Source: Podarcis tiliguerta
Taxonomy: Eukaryota
DNA: 64,000 bases
Direction: 5' to 3' (one strand)
NCBI GenBank assembly: GCA_965153285.1
Contig: OZ229110.1
Made by a program: the position numbers and the translations under genes. Shown one piece after another: positions 50,673-62,104 of this stretch (position 1 is its first letter; every line of letters starts with the position of its first letter). Under the pieces are notes generated by a model. That model was not told where the DNA came from. It was given only the letters and a program-made list of their open reading frames with translations, and ran no database searches.

Positions 50673-50865
50673 TAGGGTTACCACATTTCAAAAAGTGAAA
50701 ATCCGGACAGAAAAGTTGCTGAACTTTTTGCTTTTTTCAGTCAAAGTTGCTGAGCTTTTTTTCGCCATACGTCCAAATTTTCCAAGACATTTCAGCGATT
50801 TCTGCCCAGACACTGCTTCTGATTGTCAGTTATATCCAGGAAATTCCGGATGTATGCCAACTGTA
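50673..50865. mobile_element. Non-autonomous hAT-like element
   Basis: Termini TAGGGTTACCA / ATGCCAACTGTA, similar to 14131-14370; internal aaagttgctgaRcttttt duplication. Confidence 0.6.
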
Positions 50866-51209
50866 GAGGTGGGTGGGTATGGCATCATACAGGGTGCACT
50901 GAAATTTGAGACCCCAAGATCCGTCACAGCCTCCAGGGTTACTATAGTTGTCTCACTAGGTTGGAGGCCTGGGAAAGCTATGGATTCTTTGGATTCTCCC
51001 AGTCGATCTTGTCACATCACAGATACACTCTCAGTGTCAGGTAAAAGGCCAGGTGAAACTGGGTGACGTCTCCCTCTCAACCAGACTCTCACTTTTTGTA
51101 CCTGTACTACTATACCCTTTTTCTGTTCCAGCAGCCGGGCAGTTACATTTAAAATACTTCTAAAAGCCTCATACTTAATGGTGCGCATCCTGAACCAGAG
51201 TATATAATA

Positions 51210-51435
51210 CAGTGGTACCTGTGGTTAAGAACTTAATTCATTCCGCAGGTCTGCTCTTAACCTGAAACTGTTCTTAACCTGAGGTACCACTTTAGCTAAT
51301 GGGGCCTCCCTCTGCTGCCACGCTGCCGCCGTGCGATTTCTGTTCTCACCCTGAAGGAAAGTTCTTAACCTGAGGTACTATTTCTGGGTTAGCGGAGTCT
51401 GTAACCTGAAGCGTTTGTAACCCAAGGTACCACTG
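51210..51435. mobile_element. Tc1/mariner (Tigger-like) MITE, family copy 3
   Basis: TIR CAGTGGTACCT / AGGTACCACTG; left TA, right TT. Confidence 0.9.
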
Positions 51436-52531
51436 TTCAGAGGTTTAATGCTTAAAATAGTACCAGAGAAGCCTCTATGATAATTATATATGATTTTCTA
51501 TGCCTACATAAGCTTGTTGCTAATTCAGCTTATTGCTGAAGCACGTTGGCACAAAATTAAGCCTAACACCAGCACACACCTCTTTCAACTTCCAACAATG
51601 TTGATGTTTTGATGACACTAAGGCAAGGGCTGCAGAGGTTTCTTCAGTTGTGCGGAAAGGCCTTGTGATCTCTGAGGTCAAAGCACCCTTGGAGGGGGAG
51701 ATCTGAAACATCCTTTGCCCCCTAGGATGCCCTCCCAGGGACCACAGGATTGAAGGGCTGGTCTCATTTTTCTCATTCCACACTGTAGTAGTGTATGGCA
51801 GAAAACAGCCATTCTTTGAATGGATGGAATCTAGAAGATCATCCTTGGATTCAATCCAGGCTATTATAAATAAGGACATTTAGGAAAATGCATTTACAAC
51901 TGATTTCTAGAGAGCAGCAAAAAAATAACAAAAACAGGCCACTTGATGCTTAAGGTTATTAGTAGTGCTCATGTGTCTCTCAGCCTTTTCTCTGCCATCT
52001 GCGGGCAAAGAAGAGCGTCTGGGTTTCACTTCTATGTTGTAGAGAAAGCTGGTGAGAGCTCAATTAAGCAGGATTGACTTCTAACCCTAACCACTCTTGG
52101 CAGCCTGAGACTGTGACATCCTGTGGATCCAGCCTCACAGGGTCCCATGTGACCTTGTTGTCACCAGCCAATACTCTCATAACTTAGTTAGTATTGTTTC
52201 CTTAAGTCTCACAACCCTTGACTCTGCAACTATAAGTGCAAGAGGAGGCATGCATGATTATAAACAGACAGAGAAAGACAAACCCACTGGATGCTTTGTC
52301 ATGAGCCTGTCATGAGCCTGGCCAATTTAATTCTTAACAGTGCTTTCCCTTCATTATGTCAGAAAAAACGAAACTGTCCAGACTCTGGGAAAGAAGAATG
52401 GAATGCAAAGGAGCGATGTAGTAGAAGGGATGGCAAAGCACATGAGGCATATGATTCTGAAGCAGAGCTGAAATAATATGACCAATAACGCTACCAGATC
52501 CAATGTGCATGTTTCCTTTTTGCAGATAATA

Positions 52532-52668
52532 GAAGAACTCCAATGAGGGAGGGGGCCCCCACTCTCTATGTAATTGGTTCCATTGCCAAGCTGCTCTTAC
52601 CATTAAGACATTTCTGCTTATGTTCACCCAAAATCAGCACTTCTATAACTCAAGCCTATTAGATCTAG
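52532..52668 (-). mobile_element. Old CR1 ORF2 C-terminal fragment
   Basis: NISRNVLMVRAAWQWNQL...PSLEFF, homologous to the 16801-17094 peptide. Confidence 0.75.
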
Positions 52669-54385
52669 ATCAAAAACACACCATACGCTTGTACCACTTT
52701 AACAATCATGGCTTCCCCTGAAGCATATTGAGAACTGTAGTTTGTTAAGGGTGCTGGGAACTGTAAGCTCCGTGAGGGGTTGCCAAATAACTCTCGGCGC
52801 CTGGGATTGGGAAGATGAGGGCAAAGCAGCCCTCATTCACGAGCTGAGAACCTATTACTCCCAGCTACGTAATAGGCTGGCAATGAAATTCCACGTTCTG
52901 GAAAATAAGCATCTCACTCTTATAGATCTGCATAACAACAATACTCTTCAACGGCCAATTCATATGAGATTATTGAGCAACAGCAGGAAGTGCTTAGGCC
53001 CTGCATTTGTTGCTTCAAAGTTTGAGGCAGGGTCAGGTAGCAGAAACTCTCTAATGCACAATAAAGAGTGTATGATTAAGCAGATAACTGAATCAGTACA
53101 GGGAGCAGTTTCCCTTTCTTTCATCCTTGCAGACAGCATTTGTCCCTTTGATCCCTGAACAGATCAAACAAAACCCACTAATCAATTATTTCCCTTTTTG
53201 TCTTTCAGATGCTGCCACAGACCTTCAAACACCAACGGCAGATCTCTTCAAGAATTCTTTATTTGTTTGCTTTCCTTACAACGGCATGCCACAAATGGGT
53301 ATTTTAAAACCCAGTTTATGATTTCTATTCTTCACAATATTACTTTGTAAAGGTGGGCTTTTTTATTTTAAAGTCAGCATTTGCTCTTCTAAAGTCCACC
53401 CTGCTAAAGAAAAATATATCTGATTATATATATTTATCTAATATATCTATATCAATATCATATTAGTAGTATCTTCTTCCTCTGGTTGCTTGCTCTCTTC
53501 CATTAGACATGGGAGAATTCATGCCATCTCAGTTAGGAAATGGGCTCAGGAAAGTGATATTTTGGCAAATATATTTCAAGAAATGAAACATTTCCTTAAA
53601 AAATTGGAAAATATATTATGATTATTTAACTAAATTGTTTAGTCGACCTTCTCAGGAAGATTCAAGGTGACTTACATAAACATACAAATTATACAACTTT
53701 CTAAAAACAATAAAATGGCAGTTTCCCCATACAATATTAATACCACCCAGCCCCATAAAATTTCTCAAAATCAACACAACAAACAGATCAATAAAAAAAT
53801 CCTAAGGAATAAAAACATCAAAACCATCAAAATGCATGTGAATAAAGTTTTAACCTGGCACTGGTTTTGGTGCCAGGTGGCTCTCATGGGAACAATATTC
53901 CATACCTGTGATGCCACAACTGAAAGGCGTTTTCTTGTTCTCCAAACTAATTTCAATATGTGAATCCTGTCACACCTCCATAACATCCTCAGGACCACCA
54001 TTGGTATTCCATGCCTCCCTTTCCTCTCAGAAGCGCCCATACTCTATCCTGTGGTATGCACTTCTCACTTATTTCTCTCAAATCTTCCCTGCTGCCTGCT
54101 GCCCTGCTGCCTTCTTTCCACTTACCTAGTAAGTGGGGGTCTGGAAGGGTCCTGTCTGCAAGTAGGGGTCTGCAGAGAGCTTGAGTACCTCGAGTCATAG
54201 GTAACACCAGCATTGGGGCTTCTCCTAAACAAAAAGCTTTGCCCTCATTGCTGGACTCTGCCATTAACAAATATGGTTATTTTGCTTCAGAGATCTTAAT
54301 ATGTGGGGCACAGTTTGCTCACCTACAAATATAGTTTGCCCCTTCTATGCCCCCCTTTCCCCCTGGTATTACCGCTGTTTTTGCA

Positions 54386-55395
54386 TCTCTTTTTTATTTA
54401 TAATTTCATTTATATATATAACAACAATTATTCGATCATAATTTTAACATTTCAAACCCTGACTCCCTCCCCCCTCTTTCTGTGGTTCTTTACATTTCTT
54501 TTTATCTTCCTGCATACTCCAAATTATCTCAACATATTATTTTATATATTTATTCCCATATATATCCCATATATATTTTGAAACTGCAGATTTTTATGTT
54601 AATCCTGGCAATGTCTTCATCTGTTTGCAGTTTGTTTGTAAATACTGAATAAACCATTTACACTCCTTTCTAAAAATAAAATAAAAAGTTATCTTGATTT
54701 CTTATTCTCCTGGTAAGTATCCCCATTTCTGTGTAGCCCATTAACTTCTGTATCCATTCTTCTCTCTTTGGGATCTATTATTCCTTCCAATTTTTTGGGC
54801 AAATAACATTCTTGCAGCTGTGGTTGCATACATAAATAAATTTCTATACTGTTTAGGTAGTTCTGATCCCATAATTCCCCAAAGAAAAGCTTCTAGTTTT
54901 TAAATAAATGTTATCTTAAACATCTTTTTCAGTTCCTTATGTATCATTTCCCAGTAAGATTTAACCTTATTACAAGACCACCACATATGAAAAGGTACCT
55001 TCTTTCTCTTTATATTTCCAGCACATATTCAATTTGGATTTATACATTTTTACCAATCTACTAGGTGTTAGGTACCATCTATATAACATTTTCATATAGT
55101 TTTCTCTTAAAGTATTGCATGCTGTGAATTTTATATCCACATTTCATAAATGTTCACATGCATCCATTTCTATATTATCACCAATATATATTGCCCAGTG
55201 TATCACTGAAGATTTCTCTTGTTTGTCCTTTGTCTCCCATTCCAATAACATATACATTTTAGATATTACTTTAACATTTAACAGGTCTCTCTCTAGTTGT
55301 GTTTGTTCCCCAAACTCCCGCCTCATATCCTTTTCAAATACTTCATACAGATTATGATATTGTAACCATGTTGTTAACATCTTAGATAAATTCTG
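54386..55395 (-). mobile_element. L1-clade LINE 3' fragment (ORF2 C-terminus)
   Basis: TWLQYH...KVISKMY..., RENYMKMLYRWYLTPSRL, CWKYKEKEGT, HMWWSCNKVKSYWEMI (zinc-knuckle region), AARMLFAQ; A-rich tail at the left end. Confidence 0.88.
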
Positions 55396-57344
55396 TCTAA
55401 AGCTGACACCTCAGGACTTGACTACTCAAATTTTATTTTATTTTAGTACACCAGGTATGGAACACACTTTCTAAAGGGCAGGGGACATGAATAAGGCACA
55501 GTATTCCCATCAACTCCAGTATCCCCAAATCATCAGTATCTCCCACAAAACTGCCAGAGTTTATTTACTCTGATTTTACTCTGAGACTGTGTGCACATAA
55601 AGAACATTTGAAGCACACACACCTTCAAAGAATTCTGAGCACTGTAGTTTGCTTCCAATGTGCTTTGAAGATTTAGAGTGTCCCCAGCCTTACTCAATCT
55701 GCATGCATTATACCAGGAGTGAAAAACTAACTACAGACTCATTTCTAATGTTAACTTGCCCTATTTTCAGTCTTGGCTTTAGTATCCCAAACAATAGCTA
55801 CAAAGAAAGATCAATATTTCTCCTGTTTTAATCAATATTACTCCCATTTTACACATGAAGACCTGTAATTCCGTGAAAGGTATTAGATTAGCTTCTTTTT
55901 ATTTGTTTCTAAAAAACAACAACAACACACACATATATGTAAAAGGAGATGACACATAAATTAACCCAGTGAGAAATCTTGCTCAGGTGTTAATGCCTAG
56001 ACCAAACTGTGAAGAGTTCCTGAGTTTGTCTCCTTTTTGATAGCTATCAGAGGGCATTACAAATGGAATAAAAAAACCCCACAACAACACCTGAGAGTGA
56101 ATAATTCTGTCAGAACAAAGTAATAATGTTAGGGGGGAATACTGTAACTTTCAAGCCAATAGTGAGAGCTGCTTCCCCCTCAACTTGTGAATTTGCCTGG
56201 GGTATTCCTAAATCACATTTTCATGTTTTGCTCTGGGGGATTTGAGGGACATTGTTTGAAACTTCAGCGATCTCCTTCTGATGTTACTATCACAAAAACT
56301 TTTGACTATTATGATTCTGTGTCATCTTTGACCTGAAGCAGTAGCAGCAAGAGTGACAATTCATAATCTGAACAGAGGAACTGCCAGTAAACCAAATTTA
56401 TGAACACAAGGCCCTTTGATCCGGAGAAATGCCCAAGGGTATTGATGGATGCCTTTGATAAAGGGACTAGCCAATCACAGTACTCCCACCTCTGGTTTGA
56501 TTCATACCAAAGTAGCTTTGATGCACTGTCAGTGTGCCATGCACCTTTGTAAAGAAGGCATTATTTTGTTGAGATGCCAACTCAATGGAATAAGAATGAG
56601 GAGAAAATTCTATTTAATGTAGGCAGTAAAAGCCAAATCACATATGGCATTCACATGGTTTTCCAAATGAGAGATAATCTCCCCCATAGGATGAAAAACA
56701 CTTGCACATGTATGCTTCTCAACTCACCTTCCCAGAGTAAAATCAACACTTGTGCTGGCCTTCTCAAGTAAAAGTTTGCGGCTTTTCTTCTCTATGTGAA
56801 CATTAACTCCATGCAGGAAAACCATAATATGTGAAGGGATAACTATGTTTTAGGAGACCACTGATCTGTTCCATTTGACCAGGCACAATAACTCAAAACT
56901 GGTAGTCTGCTAGCCAGGAAGCATGGAGACAGGCCTTGAGCTGGTGCTCCTTCCATATCACCCACCCATGCCTCCATAATACACACCAGACCATGAACTA
57001 GTATTCAGTAACAGCATGAAGAGGCCTAACGGAAAGCTGGCAAGGTTACCATAGTTACTTTGTATGGGAGAACAACAGTGGGTGGAGAGAGATGGCAAGA
57101 CTACTCTTTCTCCTTACATGGCGTGTCTTATCTGCAGAGCTATATCTCCATGTACCATAAGCATGGTCACAGGGCTGCCTCTTTTCCCTACAGATGTAAA
57201 CAATTCTTATTTCCCAGGCACTTGTTCACAATATGGTAGCTGTTGGCATTGGCCAACCCACTTTAAAACCAGCCAGGCAGAGAGGTTAAGAGCAGAAAGC
57301 ATAGCTCCAGCACGAACGCCCCCTTTTTCTCCCTCCTTTCTAAA

Positions 57345-58112
57345 TGGAGGGAGTTCAACCCCTCAGAGGCCTCATGCCCGTGGCAGTTGGGGCCAGAGTC
57401 AAAATTGGGCAGGGTAGCAGGTGTGAGCAGGGCCAGATTTAGGTGTGATGAGGCCCTAAGCTACTGAAGGTAATGGGGCCCTTTATATGTCCAGCTGTCC
57501 TTTGTCAACAACAAATTGTCGCTGTTTTTTGTGTTGAATATATGCTATATGGTAATTTATGGACCTAATAGGTATCTAAAGCCATTTGCACATAACAAAA
57601 TATGTATTTTATCAAAGTAATTGTTGAACTGAAATACAATTAAGAAGAAGTTTATTAATAGTTAAATACAATGAAGAAGAAGTATATTAATAGTGAAATA
57701 ATTATTAAGCTCTAACTGTATGTAGGTTTTATGTTATTTGTTTTTTTATCTTATATTTTGGAAATGTATCATTTTTTTCCCTTTAAATTTTTTTGGGACC
57801 CCCAAGAGAGTGGGGCCCTAAGCTATAGCTTGTTTAGCTTATACGTAAATCCGGCACTGGGTGTGAGACTTAACTTTGTGCAGTAGGCAAAAGTTGGGAA
57901 ATGCTGTACCTGCCCAACCCCCAGCCAGTTAATCAAGAAGCACTATCATACTTCAAAAAGTCATTCCAGCAAGGCAAAATAACTTGAGGTGGTTAGAAGC
58001 AGGGCCAGTGTGGAATGGAGAAGAGAGTGTGACCTAGGGAGAGTCCTGGGGGCCAGATAGAGAGCACTGCAGGACCACATTTTCCCCCTAGGCTTAATAT
58101 TCCTCACCCCTG
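57345..58112. mobile_element. Old hAT (Charlie-like) non-autonomous element hosting a younger hAT
   Basis: Right end gggccagat...ggaccacattt...ttcctcacccctg; left boundary uncertain. Confidence 0.45.
57428..57859. mobile_element. Non-autonomous hAT element, 432 bp
   Basis: TIR CAGGGCCAGATTTA / TAAATCCGGCACTG; perfect 8-bp TSD GGTGTGAG; internal ~32-bp tandem duplication. Confidence 0.9.
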
Positions 58113-58508
58113 CATATATATAGCAGACATCTTGGACTACTAATTAATGTTGAGGCTGAAGATCCCAGTAGCTAGCATGGCACACCCCAAGCGGACAACC
58201 CTATTCGCAAAGGCCTTTGCATATCAGAGCTCATCTACATTTTCAGAATAAAGCATGACTGGAGAAGGCTAAGCTAGAAATCATGCTGGCTCTCCATGGG
58301 AGACTGTTAGTCTCGCACTGGGGAGATTGGGCTCCGTTCTCCATTCAGCCATGAAGCGTATCTTGCAGCTGAATCTGTTGTGGGGATAGAAGAGGGGACA
58401 ATGGTACACCAGTCTGGGCTTCCTTGGAGAAAGCCAGGAGGGGTGGAAATCATTCTTGTATGTCTTCCTTGTTGCCTTCTAATTTTCAGAAAAGAAGAAA
58501 TGAGTGAA

Positions 58509-58685
58509 GGGCCCTGGCTCAGTGGTACAGTGGCTGTTTTGCATGCGAAAGGTTCTAGCTTCAGTCTCCAGTATCACCAGGCAGGGCAGGGAATGTTCCC
58601 TGTCTGAAACCCTGTAGAGCCCCTGCCCCATTAGTGCAGACACCACTGAACTAGATGGACCAATAGTTTGGCTCTCTATATTCCT
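58509..58685 (+). mobile_element. Squam3-type SINE, near full length
   Basis: tggctcagtggta...ttgcatgcgaaaggt...cctgtctgaaaccctg...actgaactagatggaccaat. Confidence 0.8.
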
Positions 58686-59083
58686 ACCCAAGGAAAGACC
58701 TTGTACCTTGTTGGTGAGGGCCGAGGAATTGTGGGCAAGAGAGCCTGAGGCAGAGAAGAGTGAATTAAACTGAAGTCCATTTGAAATAGACATCTAAATC
58801 TTTTGCTGATTTAATTTGATAGCAGGCTGAGGTTTAAAATAACAAACATCTCCACAAACAATAGCCTGCGTTAGCTATCATACATTGGCACCATGTGCTA
58901 TTGTTCTCTTTTCCTTCTTCCTCCTTCTCCGTCCTCCCTTTCAACAAATTGGAATACAGTAATTCTATTCTTCCTGTTCAGCGATGCCTTCCTTCCTCCT
59001 CCCCCACACCAGAAGTCCATTCCACATATTGTGTGTCCTACTTTGATAGGAAAGAAATACTATTGATATATTTTTTATTTCAG

Positions 59084-59277
59084 TTNNNNNNNNNNNNNNN
59101 NNNNNNNNNNNNNNNNNNNNNNNNNNNNNNNNNNNNNNNNNNNNNNNNNNNNNNNNNNNNNNNNNNNNNNNNNNNNNNNNNNNNNNNNNNNNNNNNNNNN
59201 NNNNNNNNNNNNNNNNNNNNNNNNNNNNNNNNNNNNNNNNNNNNNNNNNAGACCAACTATCATTCAAAATGCACTAA
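59084..59277 (+). CDS. Putative terminal coding exon of an unidentified host gene (mostly N)
   Basis: Strong acceptor tattttttatttcag| at 59083; in phase 1 the frame ends DQLSFKMH* (TAA 59275-59277); alternative frame RPTIIQNALKDDQRAASLQQ*; AATAAA at 59469. Confidence 0.4.
59086..59249. other. Run of 164 N (gap or masked sequence)
   Basis: Direct reading. Confidence 0.99.
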
Positions 59278-60884
59278 AGGATGATCAACGCGCAGCATCT
59301 CTTCAACAGTAGAAGTAACCATATGTGTTTTTGCTACCAGTTCTAATATAAATTTAAACAACAAAAAGGTCTTCTTACAATGTGCTTGCAAATATCAGAA
59401 AGCTAATTTTTTCCTGTTTCTTTTGAAATAGTACTTAAGTTGTGTTTTTTATATTGCGAGCAATCATTAATAAATGATTGAATAATTGTGCTTTTGCACA
59501 TCTATAGTGCCTCTTATCAAATAACCAGAAGAACTTTGCAAACACTAATTAGTTAAACATATTTATTGTGCTCAGAGCAACTTTTAAGCATCACCCATAT
59601 GAATGTTTTGCGTATTCTTTAAAGTAATGCAGCAAAAGGAGAAAAGCCACAGCAAATCTTCCTCTAATTCAATTCACAAATCAGTCCTTCAGGAGAAATT
59701 GACTCAAGAACATTTCAAAATATTACCTTTCAAGTCAAGCTCTTCGTGATACAAGGTCTGAGGTAGTGTTTCAATGCCTGGAGCCATGCAGTTGCCATTT
59801 ATAAGCTTAGCCTGATCTTTAAAGGGGTGGGAGTGGTCCTTTTTCTCAGAATGGGGAGTCTTCTCTACTCATGGAGTCTCCCTCTGGAAAATCAGAGTTC
59901 TAAAGGGTATGGAGTTTCAGGAACTTGTGGGGGGTGCAGGGAGCAGAACCAGTGGGCAGAGTCAGTGTTCTTGTCCCTGCTGACTCCCATGCACATTCAG
60001 TTAACTTGGAGGAACCTAAAGAAGGATTTGGTAATGAACACCATGCATTTCCTCAAATTGGCGTAAGGCCAGCACCACCACTGTATTTTCCCTTTCCTGC
60101 TGACATGTTCCATACAGGGCCCACGACCAGCATTTTGTTCGTATCCATAGTTAAACTGTGGCACATACTTTTGGTGTACAACAAATGTTCCTGTCCCCAT
60201 TTGGCAGAAGGTCAAACTGAGGCACAAGAGCAACCCACAGGAAGCAGGAACAGTGTTTGCAAAGGAAAGCTTTTAAGCATTCGATTTTGCAAGGCAGCTT
60301 TTTAACAATTAGGTCGCATTCCCCGTAGCATGTGGCACATCCTTTTATTATTTATGCAGTTGTGGTTATTGTTTCAATGATAAGTCCATATAAAGTCCCA
60401 TAGAGACAAATAATCCAGCCATGGTGGCCCCTTCCCATTCCGGACTCCAAATTGATAATTATGCACAGTGTAAAATTACTTTTCCTATTATGTTTTATTT
60501 GTTACTTGACTATTCCATTGGTCAGCTCTCTGGTACTTAAGTAGTAAAACAAAAGGGAAAACAAGAATGCTAGACTGACTCTCTCTATGCCTTTCATTAT
60601 TTAACATGCCATTTTATAGCCACATGCCAGTGCCTATAAATCTTACTGGTTTTTGTCCACAGTAGCTCTGTGTATGTGTTGCTGAGCGCTTGGCACTTTG
60701 GACCAGGACTTGCATGTCAATACAAACTCCTATTTCTTAGTTTTGATGCCAAGTCCAACTTTTTAAATTTTCTTTTACATTTTTATGCCAGCACATCTTG
60801 ACTTCCTTCTTCCCCTAATAAATGAAAGACCTGGCTGAAGTCTCAAATATCTGAAAGCCTCAAATATGTCCATCACTAAAGACC

Positions 60885-61412
60885 TTCTCGGTTGTTAAGG
60901 TCTGCAAAGGGAGCTCCCTTCTTACAAGTGTCATCGCCCTCAGGACCGTGTGGAAAGTGGGTTTGGAGAGGAGTTTATCTGAGGCTGTCCATGAATTGCT
61001 CTGAGGGACATCTAGTCAGTGGCGGAGCTTCACGCTTCAGCACCAGGGGGGCAGAGATCAGGCGGGAGTGTGGTTCTCCATCTATGGGGGCGTGATGGTG
61101 TGGCGCCCAGCATGGGCGGGGGGCAGCCGCAATGGCACCCCACCGGGATCTCGCTGCCGGGGGCGGTATGCTCCCCCCGCACTCTTCTTCCTCCGTCAGT
61201 GCATCTAGCACATTCTGCTATATGCTGGAGACTTATCTCTTGACAGTTGAGGTATTTTGTTTCGTGGGACCCACTCCTTTGGTGGAATCTGTTTTGGTGG
61301 GACAGGTTTACTTACTTTGCCTGTTCTTATAAATATATAATTAAATTGTTATAACCTGCCCCAGAACCTTATGGCAACTGGCGAATAAAAAACCCCTCTC
61401 TCAAATAAATAA
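60885..61412 (+). mobile_element. Very old L2 3' end interrupted by a hAT MITE
   Basis: ...ctggagacttatctcttg..., ttataacctgccccagaacc...ggcgaataaaaa...aaataaataa tail. Confidence 0.45.
61017..61201. mobile_element. GC-rich hAT MITE, 185 bp
   Basis: Termini CAGTGGCGGAG / CTCCGTCAGTG; 8-bp TSD CATCTAGT/CATCTAGC. Confidence 0.85.
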
Positions 61413-61565
61413 CAACCACACTCACCTCCCCCTTGCCATTCTTACAATGTCCCTTCAGGCAGGGCTCCATTGCTGAGCAGAGGAAAAGGGTGGTGTTTCT
61501 CTCCCAATGTTTCAAAACACATGTGATTTTTACACCCCCACCCCCAACCGAGGAATACCTTTACC

Positions 61566-61882
61566 CAGTGGCGTAGTGTGGGTTGCCAGCGCCCAGGGCT
61601 GCACAGAGGAAGGAGGGAGGGAGGGAAATGGAGTATGCATGCTCATTCAATGGCCTAACAGCGTCCATGGCACCCAGGAGATTGCAGCCACAGAAATAGG
61701 AAAAGAAGAGTTGTTCTGTTGTTTGGAGAGGTCATTTCCTGCTTGGCATGGAAGTTTTCAGTGGAGCCCAGCGACAGAAGTGCACAGTTGTATTGAGGCT
61801 GCACTGCGTGTTGAAATTTTGCGTCCTCTAACAATTTTGCGCCTGGGGCAACTGCCCTTGTGTCCCCCATGTTATGCCACTG
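61566..61882. mobile_element. hAT MITE, 317 bp, same TIR family as 31023-31169
   Basis: CAGTGGCGTAGTGTGGG / CCCATGTTATGCCACTG; perfect 8-bp TSD CCTTTACC. Confidence 0.9.
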
Positions 61883-61969
61883 CCTTTACCTCTGGTTCCT
61901 GGGAGGTATTTAAAAAATAACCATAAGGAATGCTGCTGGAAGAGTCTGCCTCTTGCAATTTAATTTTCA

Positions 61970-62104
61970 AGCAGGCCTTTGAACCTTATTGTGACCCTTT
62001 CGCCTTCTGGAACTCTCTTTACGCACCCCAACTGAAACCTGCTCACTATCACTGTTGTCCTCAGCGACTGCTGCCTTCTGCAGATTAAGAGACTGCCCAT
62101 GACA
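61970..62104 (-). mobile_element. Possible Gypsy-like LTR 5' fragment
   Basis: Minus strand begins TGTCATGGG followed by purine-rich sequence, like the start of 13451-14001. Confidence 0.35.

Noticed and set aside
58509-58580. tRNA gene
   Set aside because: It is the degenerate tRNA-derived head of a SINE that continues into the SINE body; no complete cloverleaf.
59727-59777. 51-nt minus-strand candidate exon (IETLPQTLYHEELDLK)
   Set aside because: No polypyrimidine tract, no recognised homology and no partner exons.
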